Shown here piece by piece: positions 36,839 through 48,781 of a stretch of 64,000 nucleotides of DNA; positions within the stretch are counted from its first letter, which is position 1, and each line of letters opens with the position of its first letter. The DNA is taken from NCBI RefSeq assembly GCF_000372725.1, contig NW_005201392.1, forward strand, positions 1,183,184 through 1,247,183. Reading direction: 5' to 3'. The notes under the pieces were generated by a model that was not told the origin of the DNA, did no database searches, and worked only from the letters and a program-made list of their open reading frames with translations. The translations under genes were made by a program, and so were the position numbers. The stretch is from Emiliania huxleyi CCMP1516. Taxonomy: Eukaryota.

Positions 36839-37099
36839 TCAGTTTTTCTCACCACGCGGTCTTTCTGTTTTTTTTGTCCTCGCCCCGCGCCGCCGCAGCG
36901 CGCCGCCTGTCGCTGTCCATGCTTTTACGTTTTAGCTTTTTCTCTAAAGCCGTACCTAATAAAAGACAAATCCTTACATCCAGATTTTTTATTTATTTTT
37001 GCGCCAGTCCCGAACAAACAACTCTCTCTCCCAGTCCCGTGCCTAGTGTCGTGCGAGGGAGTCTTGGAGCACTTGGAGTGCACGGTCATGAACCTCACA

Positions 37100-39480
37100 T
37101 CCAGGGCCGGGGAGCAAGAAGCGCACCCAGCGGGCCGGATGATGATCGGTATCGGGCTACGGGCAAGAGAGCCCTGACCCCTAAGGGGGGGTGCGCGTTC
37201 GCAGGGAAAGGGCCGTAAAAAGTAAACACGGGTCTCCGAGGGTTGGCTCCGCGCTCCGGGTTTCCCCCTAGCAGCAGAACGCCCCCTCTAGTACGACTCG
37301 TACTAATGAACACGCGACACACCATGGACACGAGACGACACGCATACTCCCACTCGGCGACGGCCTCGCCGCTCAGGATCCCTCCGCCCGGTCTCCTTGC
37401 CCCTTTTCCGGGGAGGTTCCCCTCTCCTCTCGGCCCTTCCTCTTGTTCGCATCCCGATGGTCATGCGACGGGCGCTTCTGGTAAAATTCTTTTTCGCAGT
37501 CCCGCCCGGGGCCCGTGTAAAAGAATAATTTTGTTACTCGAAGAAAACACAGAACCAAACGAGGGATGGGAAAAGAAAAGAAAGAACCCAGACAACCCAA
37601 GGGAGGGATGGGAGGACGGCACGCCGCCACACACAGGGATTTTAAGGAGAGGAGTGTGGTGCTAGCCGTCGCCCACCCTAATCCCTTGGTCGTCTGCCTC
37701 TTCCTATCTCTCTTCGCAGTCCCTCGCCGATTCTCGCTGCAACCTTCATGCCACCTCGCGGTCGTCCCACTCTCGTCGTTCTCCCTCCTGTCGTTTCCTC
37801 CTCTGTCGCGTCGCTCTCGTCTGCCTCGTCCTGCGACGCCGCCGCCGCCTGCCGATCCCTTGCTCTTGCGGCTTCTCCCGCCTTTCGGCGCAACTCTGCC
37901 CTCCTCGCGGCATATTTTGGCCCCTCGAGTTTATCGAGCTCTCCTCGCGCAAGGACGACTCTTCTGACGCCCACTGCGATCATTTGCCGCCAAGTCATAT
38001 CGTTGCTCAGGTCCACTCTCTCTTTGAACACTTGTACGTCCACCGAAGCGATGATGTTGGCGCTGGGGTCCCCTTCGGGTGCATCGTTACAGCTGACGAC
38101 GGGATTTCAGTTGTCAATTTGCGTGCCCGTCCGGTACGTTGCGTCGTTCGCCATCGCTCTCAGGTCTCGCCCCGCTTCATTCAGCATTCCGTTGAACATC
38201 CTGTCCGAGAGAGTCCGTTCCTTTTGCCTCTGCCTCGTAGGAAGGCCTCCGTCTCGGCGTTGAAGTCCCCACCGATAATGTATTCTCCATGGATTTTGTC
38301 TAGCTCGTCACTTAAACTCTCCCACGCGTCTTGCGCGGGGTCCTTTGTTTCTGTCGTCTGAACCACAGCGTGTCCCGACTCGACCGCCGGCGTCCCGGTC
38401 CGGGGGTGTTTCTCTTCTTATCCGTTACCATGTAGAGCAAGGTCGAGGGCGGGCCCTTTCGGGCTCGGGCCGCCCTCTCGCCCGCACCTCTGCGGGGCTT
38501 GCACGTGGTAGCGGCGGCTCAAGATCCCAGCGATCTCGAGTTCTTCACGCTATCCACTGCGCCGCGGCTTCGCCGCGCCCATCCAAGCCCAGGGCTTGGT
38601 TTGCTGATAACCGCATCTCGCTCTGCGCATCTCTGAGGCTACCCGCGCGCCGACTGCTACGCGCGCGGTGAGAGGCGCACCCCATTGGGGACAGGATTGA
38701 GGCCCCTGTACAAGCTCGGCAACGCTGCCGTCGTTGCCCTCCCGAGCCCTCAACACGATGCCGCACATTGCGCAACCCGTTCTGCGCACATGCCGCAGGG
38801 AGGAGTTTTCACTCTCCCGTCCGAGTTTCTCCTTCCTGCAGGGCGAGAGACATCAGCCTCTCTACTTCCAGGAGAACATCTACGCCACACGCTATCCCTG
38901 GTGGGACGGTCCACAACCCACACTCTCGCTGCAGTCGATCCAGCCCTCGCACTCCCCACTGGAGATCTAGCCGAGGCCCCGGCGGACAGGATTGGAGCCC
39001 CTGTGCTGCGTCTGTGGTGATATGTGGGGGACACTTTCTCCTCCCTATTCATGTCAGTCACTCGACTGCGTCGAGGGGGGGGACGTCTGAACCACAGCGT
39101 GTCCCGACTCGACCGCCGGCGTCCCGGTCCGGGGGTGTTTCTCTTCTTATCCGTTACCATGTAGAGCAAGGTCGAGGGCGGGCCCTTTCGGGCTCGGGCC
39201 GCCCTCTCGCCCGCACCTCTGCGGGGCTTGCACGTCTGTGTCGCCCGTCCCTCCGCTCGCCGCGACCGTTATCTTAGCCTGCCCCCTCACTGGCATGTAC
39301 CGGTAGACCCCTATCTGTGTCCATTCCAGTCCGCTTGCCACGTCCTCCATCTCCACCCTCACGACGCGACCTCTCTCCACCTCCTCCATGGCCACTTCTC
39401 GTTCCCGTCTCTCTTTGCTTGCAGGTGGTCCGGGTCCCACACAATCAAAAACGCGCTGCTCTGTGAAGCTGAGAGGTAAA
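37100..39480 (-). mobile_element. Degenerate, rearranged non-LTR retrotransposon (LINE) fragments with APE-endonuclease motifs
   Basis: YIIGGDFNAE (38181-38366) and WTQIGVY..MP (~39290) are EEP-like; many stops and frameshifts; 152-bp duplication 38355-38506 / 39084-39235; related inverted copy at ~63590-64000. Confidence 0.7.
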
Positions 39481-39575
39481 CTGCGAGCGTGGAGGCCCTG
39501 GGGTTCACAACGACGCTGGTTGTCCTGCCCGACTGCGTCGTCACCGCGTGGATAGGAGCCTGCTTTTCTGGGGCG

Positions 39576-40468
39576 ATGCTGCTCCTGGCCATCTCCGCTC
39601 TCGCCTCCGTCACTGCTGCGCCGAGCACTGGCATCGTCGTGCACGGCTTCCACTGCAACGCTCCGCGCTGGGAGGAGGTGGTGTGGGGCGACGAGGCGGC
39701 ACAGCGGCTCGGGCGGCTGCCGCACGCAGCGCTCCTCGCCTGGCAGGCACGGCACGAGCTGCAGGCCTTCATCTGCGGCTCGGGTGCCTCGCAGACCGCA
39801 AGCGGCTCTGCTGAGGCGGACGCACTGATCTCGCTGCTCTTTGAGCGGCTGCCGTCCCTCCTCTCCTTTGACGCCTTTCGAGGGGTCGACCTGGAGGCGC
39901 TCGAGGCGCTGCTCCGCCGCACAGTCTCGCCGACACCGAGTCGCTCAACACGCAGCAGGAGGTGCTCGCGGCGCTCGCGCGACTGTCGCGGCTGGGCGTG
40001 CAGCGGGCGCTGCTGGTCTCCTCGCCGACGCACATGCCGCGCTGCCTCCGTGATGCGAGCGTCGCGGCGGTGCGCCTGGGCTACGAGGTGCGGGCGGCGC
40101 TCTCGGGTCCGAGGCCCTGCCAGCGGACACGCACACACCTCTCTCCTAGGGCACCGTTCTCGCCTCCCCCTGCGGCACGTCCTGGACCGAGGAGACAGCT
40201 GTCGTGGTCGAGCCGCCCCACAGGCCGGACGGAGGCGCCTCCGCGGCGCTCTTCGGCTTGGGTACCATCCACCACCGTAGCCCGCCTCCTCGCCCGGCCT
40301 CTCCGCTCACCACGCCACTCTCCCGCCCGCCGTCCCTCAGTTCGCCGCGCCGCTGCCCTCGCCTTCGGAACCACCGCGACCGAGAGCGGGAGGCGGCCGG
40401 CTGAGTTCCTCGCCGCGTTCGAGCGGCTGCTCGCATCCTTTGAAAATAGGAAATCGAGTACTGTGTGA
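39576..40468 (+). CDS. Secreted/targeted DUF218 (YdcF)-like protein with apparent 1-bp frameshift near 39925
   Basis: Signal peptide MLLLAISALAS; FICGSGAS...AEA; after a frame change DTESLNTQQE and LLVSSPTHMPRC. Confidence 0.6.
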
Positions 40469-40974
40469 CCTCTGCGTATCGCTCTACGTAGCTAACTGCA
40501 GAGTGGCGGCGGCGACCGGCGAGGGGAGGGGGGAGCGGTGCGTCGCGAGCGGCGCGGACTGGTGCGCGCCGGCTGGGCGCGCGGTCACCCACACACCCAC
40601 ACATCAGGCTTGGCCGGAATCTTTTCCTCGGGACCTCGCTTCTCCTCGAAGAGAGCTCTCAAAAAAGTAATGGTGAACACCGCGGACCGCGCGCCGTCCC
40701 CGCCGAGCGCGAGCCGGCTGTAGCCGCTCTACTCTGATCTCTGTATATAGAGCGAGCGCGTTTGCCGTGGGCTGGGTGGCCTGGCCCCCTGGGGTTCTGG
40801 AACGCCCTGAGAGGAATGATATCGCGAGAGCGAGAGACCCCACCACGCGCCGACTCGTGACTGCGCGCACGCGAGCGCTCCGAGGCCGCGCCACGAGTCA
40901 GGGCCGCGCCACGCCCGCACTCACGCCTGTTCTGGCGCGGCCCTGCGCTCTAATCCGCGCGTATCCGCGCACAC

Positions 40975-42006
40975 CTAGGTGGATGAGGCCGAGCTGCCGT
41001 GCCGGTGCTCCCTCAGCAGGCGCTGCGCCTGCTCGAGCTTCCACGCGCGCGCGGCATCCTCCTTGTGCATGTGCACAAACGGGTTCGGGTCGTCGGACGC
41101 CATCGAAGCAAAGGTGTGGTTGACGTCGCGGTGATGAGACTCGTCTGCGTAGATGCAGCGGAGGGTGTCGAGCCACGTCGCGTCGTCCGGCAGCTTCCAG
41201 TAGCCTTTTGCGATCTCGGGGGCTGGGAGACCCGACCACTCGGCGTGCAGCCGCGTGCCCGGCGTCTCCAGGTGCGAGATCACGTTGTGGTACGTCTCGC
41301 ATGCGGTTTGCTCGAGATAGCCGACGAACCGGTGCATGGCCTTTGGGTTCACGACGTAGATCATCATCAGGAAGGGCGTCATCGAGAACTGCGCGCCGAT
41401 GCACATGAGGCGGGTGACGGGACCCGCTTGGAACATGGAGAGGCAGGTAAGCAGGTGCATCCGCTCGTTCTCCGCCTCCTCTAACAGCGTGTGAATCCAG
41501 CCGTAGTCGCGCTCCAGCGCCCGCAGGGAGTGGAAGTGGCGCATGCCGGCGGCCACGAAGCCGGGTACGCCAGCGAAGGACTCGAGGACGATGAGGCGCC
41601 ACACCAGCGACGAGGGCGAGGGGTCGTGGTGCGTGTAGCCAGTGATGAAGTTGAACGGGTGGTAGAGGCCATAGTACATGAAGCCGTGCATCACCTTGTC
41701 GGAGAGCGTCTCTGGCACGTGCTTGTCACTGAAGGTGGCCAGCGCCGAGTCGAGCTCGTCCTTGGACCAGATGTGATTCTGCTGCCGCCCAGTCTTGTCG
41801 GCCATCTCCCGCTCCATCGCCAGGTACTGCTTTTGCGGCAGAAGTGGGTGCACTGTGTTGCTCGCCTTGAAGTGCTGCGTGCTCAATGAGCGGAGGGCGC
41901 CGGTGGATAGCGGCAGCCGCAAAGTCGAAGGAAGAAGATGAGGAGGAGGAAGAGATGGACTCAACCACTTGCGGCTGACACGGAGCACGAGAGAGGAGCG
42001 ATGCAT
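40975..42006 (-). CDS. AOX: Alternative oxidase (di-iron ubiquinol oxidase)
   Basis: LESFAGVPG, WIHTLLEEAENERMHL, HRFVGYLE, ADESHHRDVNH; Arg/Ser-rich mitochondrial-type leader. Confidence 0.95.
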   Translation of the reverse strand: MHRSSLVLRVSRKWLSPSLPPPHLLPSTLRLPLSTGALRSLSTQHFKASNTVHPLLPQKQYLAMEREMADKTGRQQNHIWSKDELDSALATFSDKHVPETLSDKVMHGFMYYGLYHPFNFITGYTHHDPSPSSLVWRLIVLESFAGVPGFVAAGMRHFHSLRALERDYGWIHTLLEEAENERMHLLTCLSMFQAGPVTRLMCIGAQFSMTPFLMMIYVVNPKAMHRFVGYLEQTACETYHNVISHLETPGTRLHAEWSGLPAPEIAKGYWKLPDDATWLDTLRCIYADESHHRDVNHTFASMASDDPNPFVHMHKEDAARAWKLEQAQRLLREHRHGSSASST

Positions 42007-42511
42007 CGAGCCGTCGGCGATGCCTTCTGACCAAGGCTCCGGACGCGTCCGCTGCCCGACATTTCTTTTGACTTTTCCTTGTTTGTATGGTTACTGGTTC
42101 TGTCGCAGTCCCTTTGATGGGCGGCCCTTGGGTGGGGCCACCTCGTGACCTCGAACCCCAAGCAGCCTGGGCATCGAGTGGGAGGGAGAAAAAGTGGAGG
42201 GTGTGGGTGCCCGGTTAATCCATTCCTCGGGCCCCGGTACTCTCATTACGTCATTGCATGTACATGTACAAACTGTTCACATTGCGCAGCTGCCGTCCCT
42301 TCGCCGTTCTCTCCGCGGACGGCAGAGCGCTGCGCTGTCGCCCTGTCAAGCACGCGCTCGTGCTTCGTTGCGGTGACACACCCTGTCCCACCCGTGTGTG
42401 TGATCAGTGTCTATTACAGCACATTTCTCTAGGCACAAAATTCTCTCGCATCGAGGGAGGGACGTCCGAGTTTGATTGGCGGGCGGACGTCGACGCAAAG
42501 CGACGTCGACG

Positions 42512-43132
42512 ATGGCTGTGCTCTTGCGAGGCTCGCTGCGGGCGTTCTCGGCGTGGGGGGAGCGGAACCCGTCCGCACTGAACGTTATGGCCGCCACCAC
42601 GCTCGGCGGCGCCGGCGATGTCGGCGCGCAGCTGATCGAGGGCGCCGATGGGCTCGGCGCGCTTGACGCAAAGCGCACCGCCTGTGTGTGCGCGTGGTAC
42701 GCGCCGGCGGCGCTATTCTTCTGGACGCCGTTCATGGGCGGTGTCGAGCGCACGTTTGGGACGAGCGGCGCCAAGTCGGTGGCAGCCAAGGTCCTCTGCT
42801 ACAACCTTGCCATCAGCACGGTCGACATCACGGGCTTCCACCTCGTCTCGCTCACGCCGCAAGTGGGGGCCGAGAAGGCGGTGCAGACGCTGCGGGAAGG
42901 GTACGCAGACGCCGTCGCCGCGGGGTGCAGCTTGTGGGTGCCCGCGATGACGCTCATCTTCTGGCGGGTTCCTGCACACCTGCGGCTGAGCACGAGCTAC
43001 GCGCTTGACGTGTGCTGGGCCTCCACGATGTCCTTCCTCAGCAACCGGAGGAAGAATCTGGTCGAGGCGGCGCCACCGCCGGCGCCGGCATGGAGCGGGA
43101 AGCTTGGAGTGAGAAAGAGCGTCATTGACTGA
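42512..43132 (+). CDS. Mpv17/PMP22 family membrane protein
   Basis: NP..NVMAATTLGGAGDVGAQ, KRTA, VAAKV, LWVPAMTLIFWRVPAHLR, WASTMSFLSN. Confidence 0.85.
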   Translation: MAVLLRGSLRAFSAWGERNPSALNVMAATTLGGAGDVGAQLIEGADGLGALDAKRTACVCAWYAPAALFFWTPFMGGVERTFGTSGAKSVAAKVLCYNLAISTVDITGFHLVSLTPQVGAEKAVQTLREGYADAVAAGCSLWVPAMTLIFWRVPAHLRLSTSYALDVCWASTMSFLSNRRKNLVEAAPPPAPAWSGKLGVRKSVID

Positions 43133-43280
43133 GGCTGAGACTGCATGAACGTTGTGCTGGTGCGTCACTTGTGCCCCACAGTACTTATGTTCATGTCGAG
43201 GGGGCAGGGGCCAGGACGAGCGTGACGGCGGGCATGTCCGGGCGCGTGGGCGCGTTGATTCATTCGGTACAAAACCACTA

Positions 43281-43316
43281 CTCCCTCCCTCGCTCTCTCT
43301 CTCTCCGTGTGTCTCT

Positions 43317-43350
<34 letters not shown>

Positions 43351-43353
43351 CCC

Positions 43354-43392
<39 letters not shown>

Positions 43393-43395
43393 CCC

Positions 43396-43444
<49 letters not shown>

Positions 43445-43530
43445 ACTCACTCACTCACTCACTCACTCTCGCTCGCTCGCTCGCTCGCTCGCTCTCTCCG
43501 TCGCTCCGTCTCTCCGTCTCTCCGTCTCCC
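43281..43530. repeat. Compound (CT)n/(CTCA)n/(CTCG)n microsatellite
   Basis: Direct observation. Confidence 0.97.
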
Positions 43531-43600
43531 TCCTCCCGACTTCACTGTTCGATATTTTTTGAAGGTGTCTCGGCCTTCACGGCGGCTTGTCGTCACAAGA

Positions 43601-45322
43601 ATGCCACGCGTGTTTGGCCTGGTCAAGCCGGCAACCGAGCCCAGCCAGGGAAAGGAAAGCGTCTTCGACCTCTTCGCCAGCCTCAAGGCGCCGGGCATGC
43701 GTGACTGGAAGCTGGTGGATCCTGTGAGCCGGCCCGCGCTGCTGCCGCCGTCAACGCCGGCGCTGCTGCAGCCGACTCGGCATCATCAGCCATCGCCGCC
43801 GCCGCCGGGCCACCCTCCTCGCGCGCCGTCGCAGCTCCACCCACCACCACAGCAGCCGCCGCAGCCGCCGCGCCCGCCGCCGCCACAGACGCCGCGCCCG
43901 CCGCCCGCCGCCCCGGAGCTGTGCTACACGGACCTTCACCGCCGGTTTTCGTGGCTCAACGTGTACACGGCCCAGTCGCTCGCCTCCACCTTCTCGAAGA
44001 AGGAGCTGAGCTTCATTCTGCGACGCCACTCGATCCAGCGGGGCGGGAAGAAGGAGGACCTTGCCCTCGAGCTCATGGCGTTGATAAGGTCCGACGGTCT
44101 TTCGGCGCCCGACGATCCCATCGTGGGGTTGTTCGCTGCCAACGTCGCGCCTGCCGAGTCGCAGGACGAGACCCAGGCGCCTCCCGGCTGGCTGGCCGAC
44201 GGCGGAGCGGCGTGCAGCCAGAGCTTGGCGGCCGCTGATGCACCGGCTTCGTTTGGCTTCTCAAACGGCAACGTCGAGTCGCAGACAGAGCAGCAGTCGC
44301 AGTCGCAGCAGTCGCCCTGGATGGGCATCGACCGCGTGCCATCACAAGCGGCGGCCGTACAGCCAAAGGCAACCCTCCCGTCCACGCCCAGGACGGTCGT
44401 GCCGAGACCCTCGTCGCAGCACCCCGACTGCATTACGCCGCCGGATTTGGCACGAGAAGCGGTTGCGGTGGTGCATCCGCCACGCCGCACGATCGGTCTG
44501 AGCGCCGCGGAGCGGGAGCTGATCGATCGGCTCAAGAGCGAGGCCGCGGTTGCGGGCGCCATTTGGCCAGACTTTGACGCCCTGCGGTTGGACTTCTCGC
44601 TGATGCCGCGCAAGGCGAGCCGGAGTGACACTCTCTGCTCCAAGGTCGCTGCGTCTGCATCGCGTGGCGTCGATCGTGGCGGGGCCCTCTCCCCGAGTGC
44701 CGTGGGGCCACTCGCCCATTCGCCTCCGGCGGCAGCTTCACTTGGTGCGCGGTCGTCCGGCGAGCCCGGCGTGGAACACTCTGCGCTCGCTCCAGAGCCA
44801 GCGCCGAAGCGGCCACGGCAGGGAAAGAGTGCCGAGGAGGTGAGCGATCTGATCAGCAAGGCACGGAGGATCGTGCGCGGCGTCAGCGAGCAGCAAGCGG
44901 CTTCCGCGCTCGCCGCGGCCGACTACTGCCTGGGGCCAGCCTTGGCGGCGTTGCGGCGTGCACTCCAAGAGCAGCTGCGAAGCCGCGACGAGGCCGACGA
45001 GTCGAGCTCCTGTGTCGCCGCCGCCGACCGGAAGCGCCGCCCCGTGCAGCGCTCCCTCGGGCTCTGCTTCGCGGGCGGGCCGTCGCAGACGGCCGGCCTC
45101 GAGGACAGCGCCGGTTCGGGCGGCGGCTCTCGGAGCTGTGTCGGTCTCGAGCGACTGGAGCGGGGCGCAAGCGAGTGGCGCGATGCGTGTGACTCGGGCT
45201 CCGAGACGACGATGGGGGAGCGCTCGGACCTCGATGATGGCGATGCCACCGAGCGGGAGGCCCGGTCAGATGACGGCTCTGACGACGGGTACCACGCAGA
45301 CGGGTACGGCTCGCTGTCGTGA
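43601..45322 (+). CDS. Intronless disordered protein with SAP-like DNA-binding motif and possible UBA-like motif
   Basis: FSKKELSFILRRHSIQRGGKKEDLALELM (SAP-like); GVSEQQAASALAAADYCLGPALAAL (UBA-like); multiple SQ motifs. Confidence 0.6.
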   Translation: MPRVFGLVKPATEPSQGKESVFDLFASLKAPGMRDWKLVDPVSRPALLPPSTPALLQPTRHHQPSPPPPGHPPRAPSQLHPPPQQPPQPPRPPPPQTPRPPPAAPELCYTDLHRRFSWLNVYTAQSLASTFSKKELSFILRRHSIQRGGKKEDLALELMALIRSDGLSAPDDPIVGLFAANVAPAESQDETQAPPGWLADGGAACSQSLAAADAPASFGFSNGNVESQTEQQSQSQQSPWMGIDRVPSQAAAVQPKATLPSTPRTVVPRPSSQHPDCITPPDLAREAVAVVHPPRRTIGLSAAERELIDRLKSEAAVAGAIWPDFDALRLDFSLMPRKASRSDTLCSKVAASASRGVDRGGALSPSAVGPLAHSPPAAASLGARSSGEPGVEHSALAPEPAPKRPRQGKSAEEVSDLISKARRIVRGVSEQQAASALAAADYCLGPALAALRRALQEQLRSRDEADESSSCVAAADRKRRPVQRSLGLCFAGGPSQTAGLEDSAGSGGGSRSCVGLERLERGASEWRDACDSGSETTMGERSDLDDGDATEREARSDDGSDDGYHADGYGSLS

Positions 45323-47567
45323 CTGTGAGCGGTCCAGTATGATAGGGGTGGGAGAGGGGGGGGGTTCTCGCGGTCTTTGCATGGCGCACGTTTTGGGGCA
45401 GCGTTGAGCGATCACACTTCGTGGTGTGTGTGTGTGTGCGTGCAGCCGCGTGTGTGCAATGCGCGGTGACTCTTCTTGACGTTGGAGTCAACGTATCCTT
45501 TTTGCAGACAGACAGAACTCACTACTCAGTCTCAGAAGTTTCCCGGCACGCACCGACCGCCGGCCCACGTCGCCAGACGGTCCACGCGGCAGCGCCTCCT
45601 CGCCGCCCGCCGGCTCAGACAGGGAGACGAGGCGGTGGAACCCTGAGATCGACAGTCGCTTGGTGGCCGGCATGTGTGGCGGCCCGGAGAGTGCCGGCGC
45701 CCAAACAAAAAGTTTTTCGCCAAGGCGTGGGGGCGCGGAGGGCTTGTTGGTGAGCCAAAATGGTGATGTCCGATGCGCTGCGCTAGGCTCAGAGCGAGTT
45801 CGCGCTGCGCTAGGCTCAGACGGCGAGTCAGACGGCGAGTTCGCGCTGCGCTCTAGGCTCGCGATGGCGAATGCGCATTCAACCTGCGATAGAATTTCAC
45901 GACAAAAGGCGGTTGCACATGCACGATTCACACGCAAGACAAGGCGCAGACGACGCCCGACGGCTTCCGCGATAGAAAGAATTTTACAACGAAATTCCCT
46001 CGCACGACACTGGGCACGGGACTGGCGCGCACTGGCACTAACACGGTACACAAAGAAAAGGACGGACACGACAACCGAATGGAGGGATGGGAGCTGGATT
46101 CACCCCTTTGAAAACTTTTAATTTGTCATTTTTAGCCCCTTTTCTTCTTTGTGGAGCATCCCGCGCCCCGCCCCGCTCCGGCCTGAGCTAGCCCTCGTCG
46201 CGCACCATCCGCTCCTCCGCACCTTTCTCGCCCTCAAAGAGCCACGCCATGCCGCTGGGAAACTCCGCTCGCACCACCCGCTCCGCCCCTCGCTCGCCCT
46301 CAAAGAGCTCGAGGTCCTCCGAGCACCGAGGAAGGAGCGCAAGCAAGAGCGCGCCGCAGGCGAAGCGATTTTTAGCCCCCCGCTACCCGGTTGCACTCGT
46401 GCGACGTAGCGGGGGGCCACGACTACGTTTACGAAAACATAATAATTCCGCGAGGATTCTTTTTCCGCCCCCATAACCCCATTTAGCAGAGGGCCCCCTT
46501 CGTGGCAAACCTCGTCACAAGCTTTGGCGCCAAAGCAGATTCACGGGCGTTCGAAGTGCCGAGCTCAAACCCGTCATGCTTTCCTTCGAGCTCGACTTGA
46601 GTGCCGCTCGACTGGCCGATGAAGAGCGACCCGTACACCGCGCACTTGTCGTCCTCCCTCCTCGCCACATGACGGCCGCCCTCCGACACCGACAGTCGCG
46701 CTCCGCACGCCTTCGAGGTCAGCTGCGGCCGAGCGACGATCGGCTCGCTCCAATCGCTGGGCGCGGTCACTCTGCGGCCCATCACCCGCCTGCCGATCAC
46801 CTGTCCGCCTCGCCGCGCGCGGGCCGCTCGCCTGCTCGCCACCGCCGCCGCGCGTCCCCGCGCCGCCACGCTTCCCTGTGCACCTGACGGCGCTCGAGCT
46901 GCGCAGACGGCGCGCGCTCTGGCAGACAGAGCAGCGGCCGCCCAGGCGGTCGCTGCTCCGCCCCGTCCGAATCCGTCCGCCCGCGCGTGCTGCTGCCGCC
47001 GCCGCCGCCGCTCCACCCGGTGCCCGTGAGTCGTGAGAGTTGCTTTGTGTATGTCTATGTGTGTATGTCGTATGATACGCCGTATGTGTGTGCGGACTTA
47101 TGTCACACTTGAGCCCTCTATCTATGATAGTAGACGGGTACTCGGGTTTGGATGGTAGCGGGGGGCCCCGCCGGAGGCTGGTTACTGATTGGCGGCAGGG
47201 CTCTTCCAGGTTATCTTCGTGATCACGCGCGAGCCTGTGAATAGGCCCCGAATATAAACTAAAGGGCTGACCTGACCCGGGGTACGGTGCCCACCCCGCG
47301 CCCCCGGAGCCCGAAAACGGGGCGCCGCGAGCTCGCAACGCCGAGTTTACAGTTTTCCTCGAAATCACACCACATACAGGTGGGGTTGCCCCTTCCTATC
47401 AACCGTCAACAGGATGGGGTTGAGGGTCGCCTGAGCCAACATCGCTCTGAGTGAGTGCTCAGCCCGTATTGGGGCTTGGAAGCTCAAAGCTCACTCACTC
47501 CCGGCTGTCGGCCCATGGGCGTGTGGGCTCCTGCGGCACGCTGCGCTTCGGCGCGCGTCTTTCGCAG

Positions 47568-48491
47568 GAAGTGCTCGACACGCTCGTGAATAAGCTTGCG
47601 GCTGACGTTGAGAATCGTTACCTGGAGCGCCAAGATGAGGGCATGTTCCAACACACCTTCGTCCTCGGTGGGTCGGACGATGAGGAGGACGATGGCGCGG
47701 TGAGTCTCGAGGACCTCAACAACCGGCTCGACTTTTGGCTCAAGATGCATCGTGTCCAGCGCTCACTGCTCGTGATGTCGGCGGGCGTCGGTATCCCCGG
47801 GAGCCCGCTGCGCCTGCTGGACGGCAAGCCGGAGCTGCTCAAGATGGTCTTCCACTCGCTGATGCCGGTCAAGGCGCCGACGCTCAAGTCCCTCGTTGAG
47901 AAGGCGGCGGCGGCGGTCAAGAAGGAGGCGACAGCGGAGCCGGCGCAGGCCGGTGAGGTCGAGGACGCGCCGGCCGAGGACGCGCCCGAGAAAGCGCTCA
48001 CGCTCTGCGTCCGCGGCTTCGGTGCCGAGCCTGTGGACGCGGCGGACCTCCCATCCTGGCGTCACCAGCGCGAGCTGCACGCCCAGTTGTGCTCGCTGTA
48101 CCGAAAGCGCTACCCGCTCGAGCTCGAGATTGACTTCGTGACCAAGTTCGAGGGCTACGGCCAGGAGCTCCCCTTCTACATCCTCGGAGTGGCGGGCGAG
48201 CAGGACGCGCCGCACTTCTCAGGCGAGAAGAAGCTCGGCATGTGGGACAACGACGACGGGTCCTCAGGCGTCGATTTCTGTGCTCCAATCGGCACGTTCT
48301 CGGCACCCGAGGGCGGCGCGGAGAAGATCACGACCGCCATCGACGCCCTGCGCGCGGGCGGCATGCTGCCTGCGGAGCCGACGGCTGCTGAGATGGCGGA
48401 GATGAACGCCAAGGGGCTCATCATCATGCCCAACATCCCGTACGTCGCCGAGGTGGGGTGGAATGTCGTCGGGCACTCCCACGTCGGCTGA
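47568..48491 (+). CDS. Hypothetical acidic protein (5' end uncertain, probably spliced)
   Basis: Long ORF with strong GC3 bias and globular-looking composition after a CAG acceptor at ~47567. Confidence 0.6.
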   Translation, partial: EVLDTLVNKLAADVENRYLERQDEGMFQHTFVLGGSDDEEDDGAVSLEDLNNRLDFWLKMHRVQRSLLVMSAGVGIPGSPLRLLDGKPELLKMVFHSLMPVKAPTLKSLVEKAAAAVKKEATAEPAQAGEVEDAPAEDAPEKALTLCVRGFGAEPVDAADLPSWRHQRELHAQLCSLYRKRYPLELEIDFVTKFEGYGQELPFYILGVAGEQDAPHFSGEKKLGMWDNDDGSSGVDFCAPIGTFSAPEGGAEKITTAIDALRAGGMLPAEPTAAEMAEMNAKGLIIMPNIPYVAEVGWNVVGHSHVG

Positions 48492-48781
48492 GCACGCCGA
48501 GCGGCGACAGCGTGCCCACCCGCGCAATGCGCGCTGCGCGGCAGACGCAGAGGCGCCGGTGGAGAGCGTGAGGCGGGTGGCACCGTCCCGCGTCCGGAGC
48601 GCGGACCGCGGAGGCGCGTTGCGCCAACACGCTCGTGACCGGAGCGAACAGCGAGGAGAGTGACCACGGTGAAACAAATATTTTGCTGCTCCGGTTGCCG
48701 ACAGGGTACACCGTGGCAAAAAGGAAAATAATAATCGCGTGGCTGTCAACGTATTTTCTTCTCCATAACACGGCTGTGAAC

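Noticed and set aside
46483..47016. 177-aa minus-strand ORF
   Set aside because: No reliable start or recognisable domain; cannot be supported as a gene
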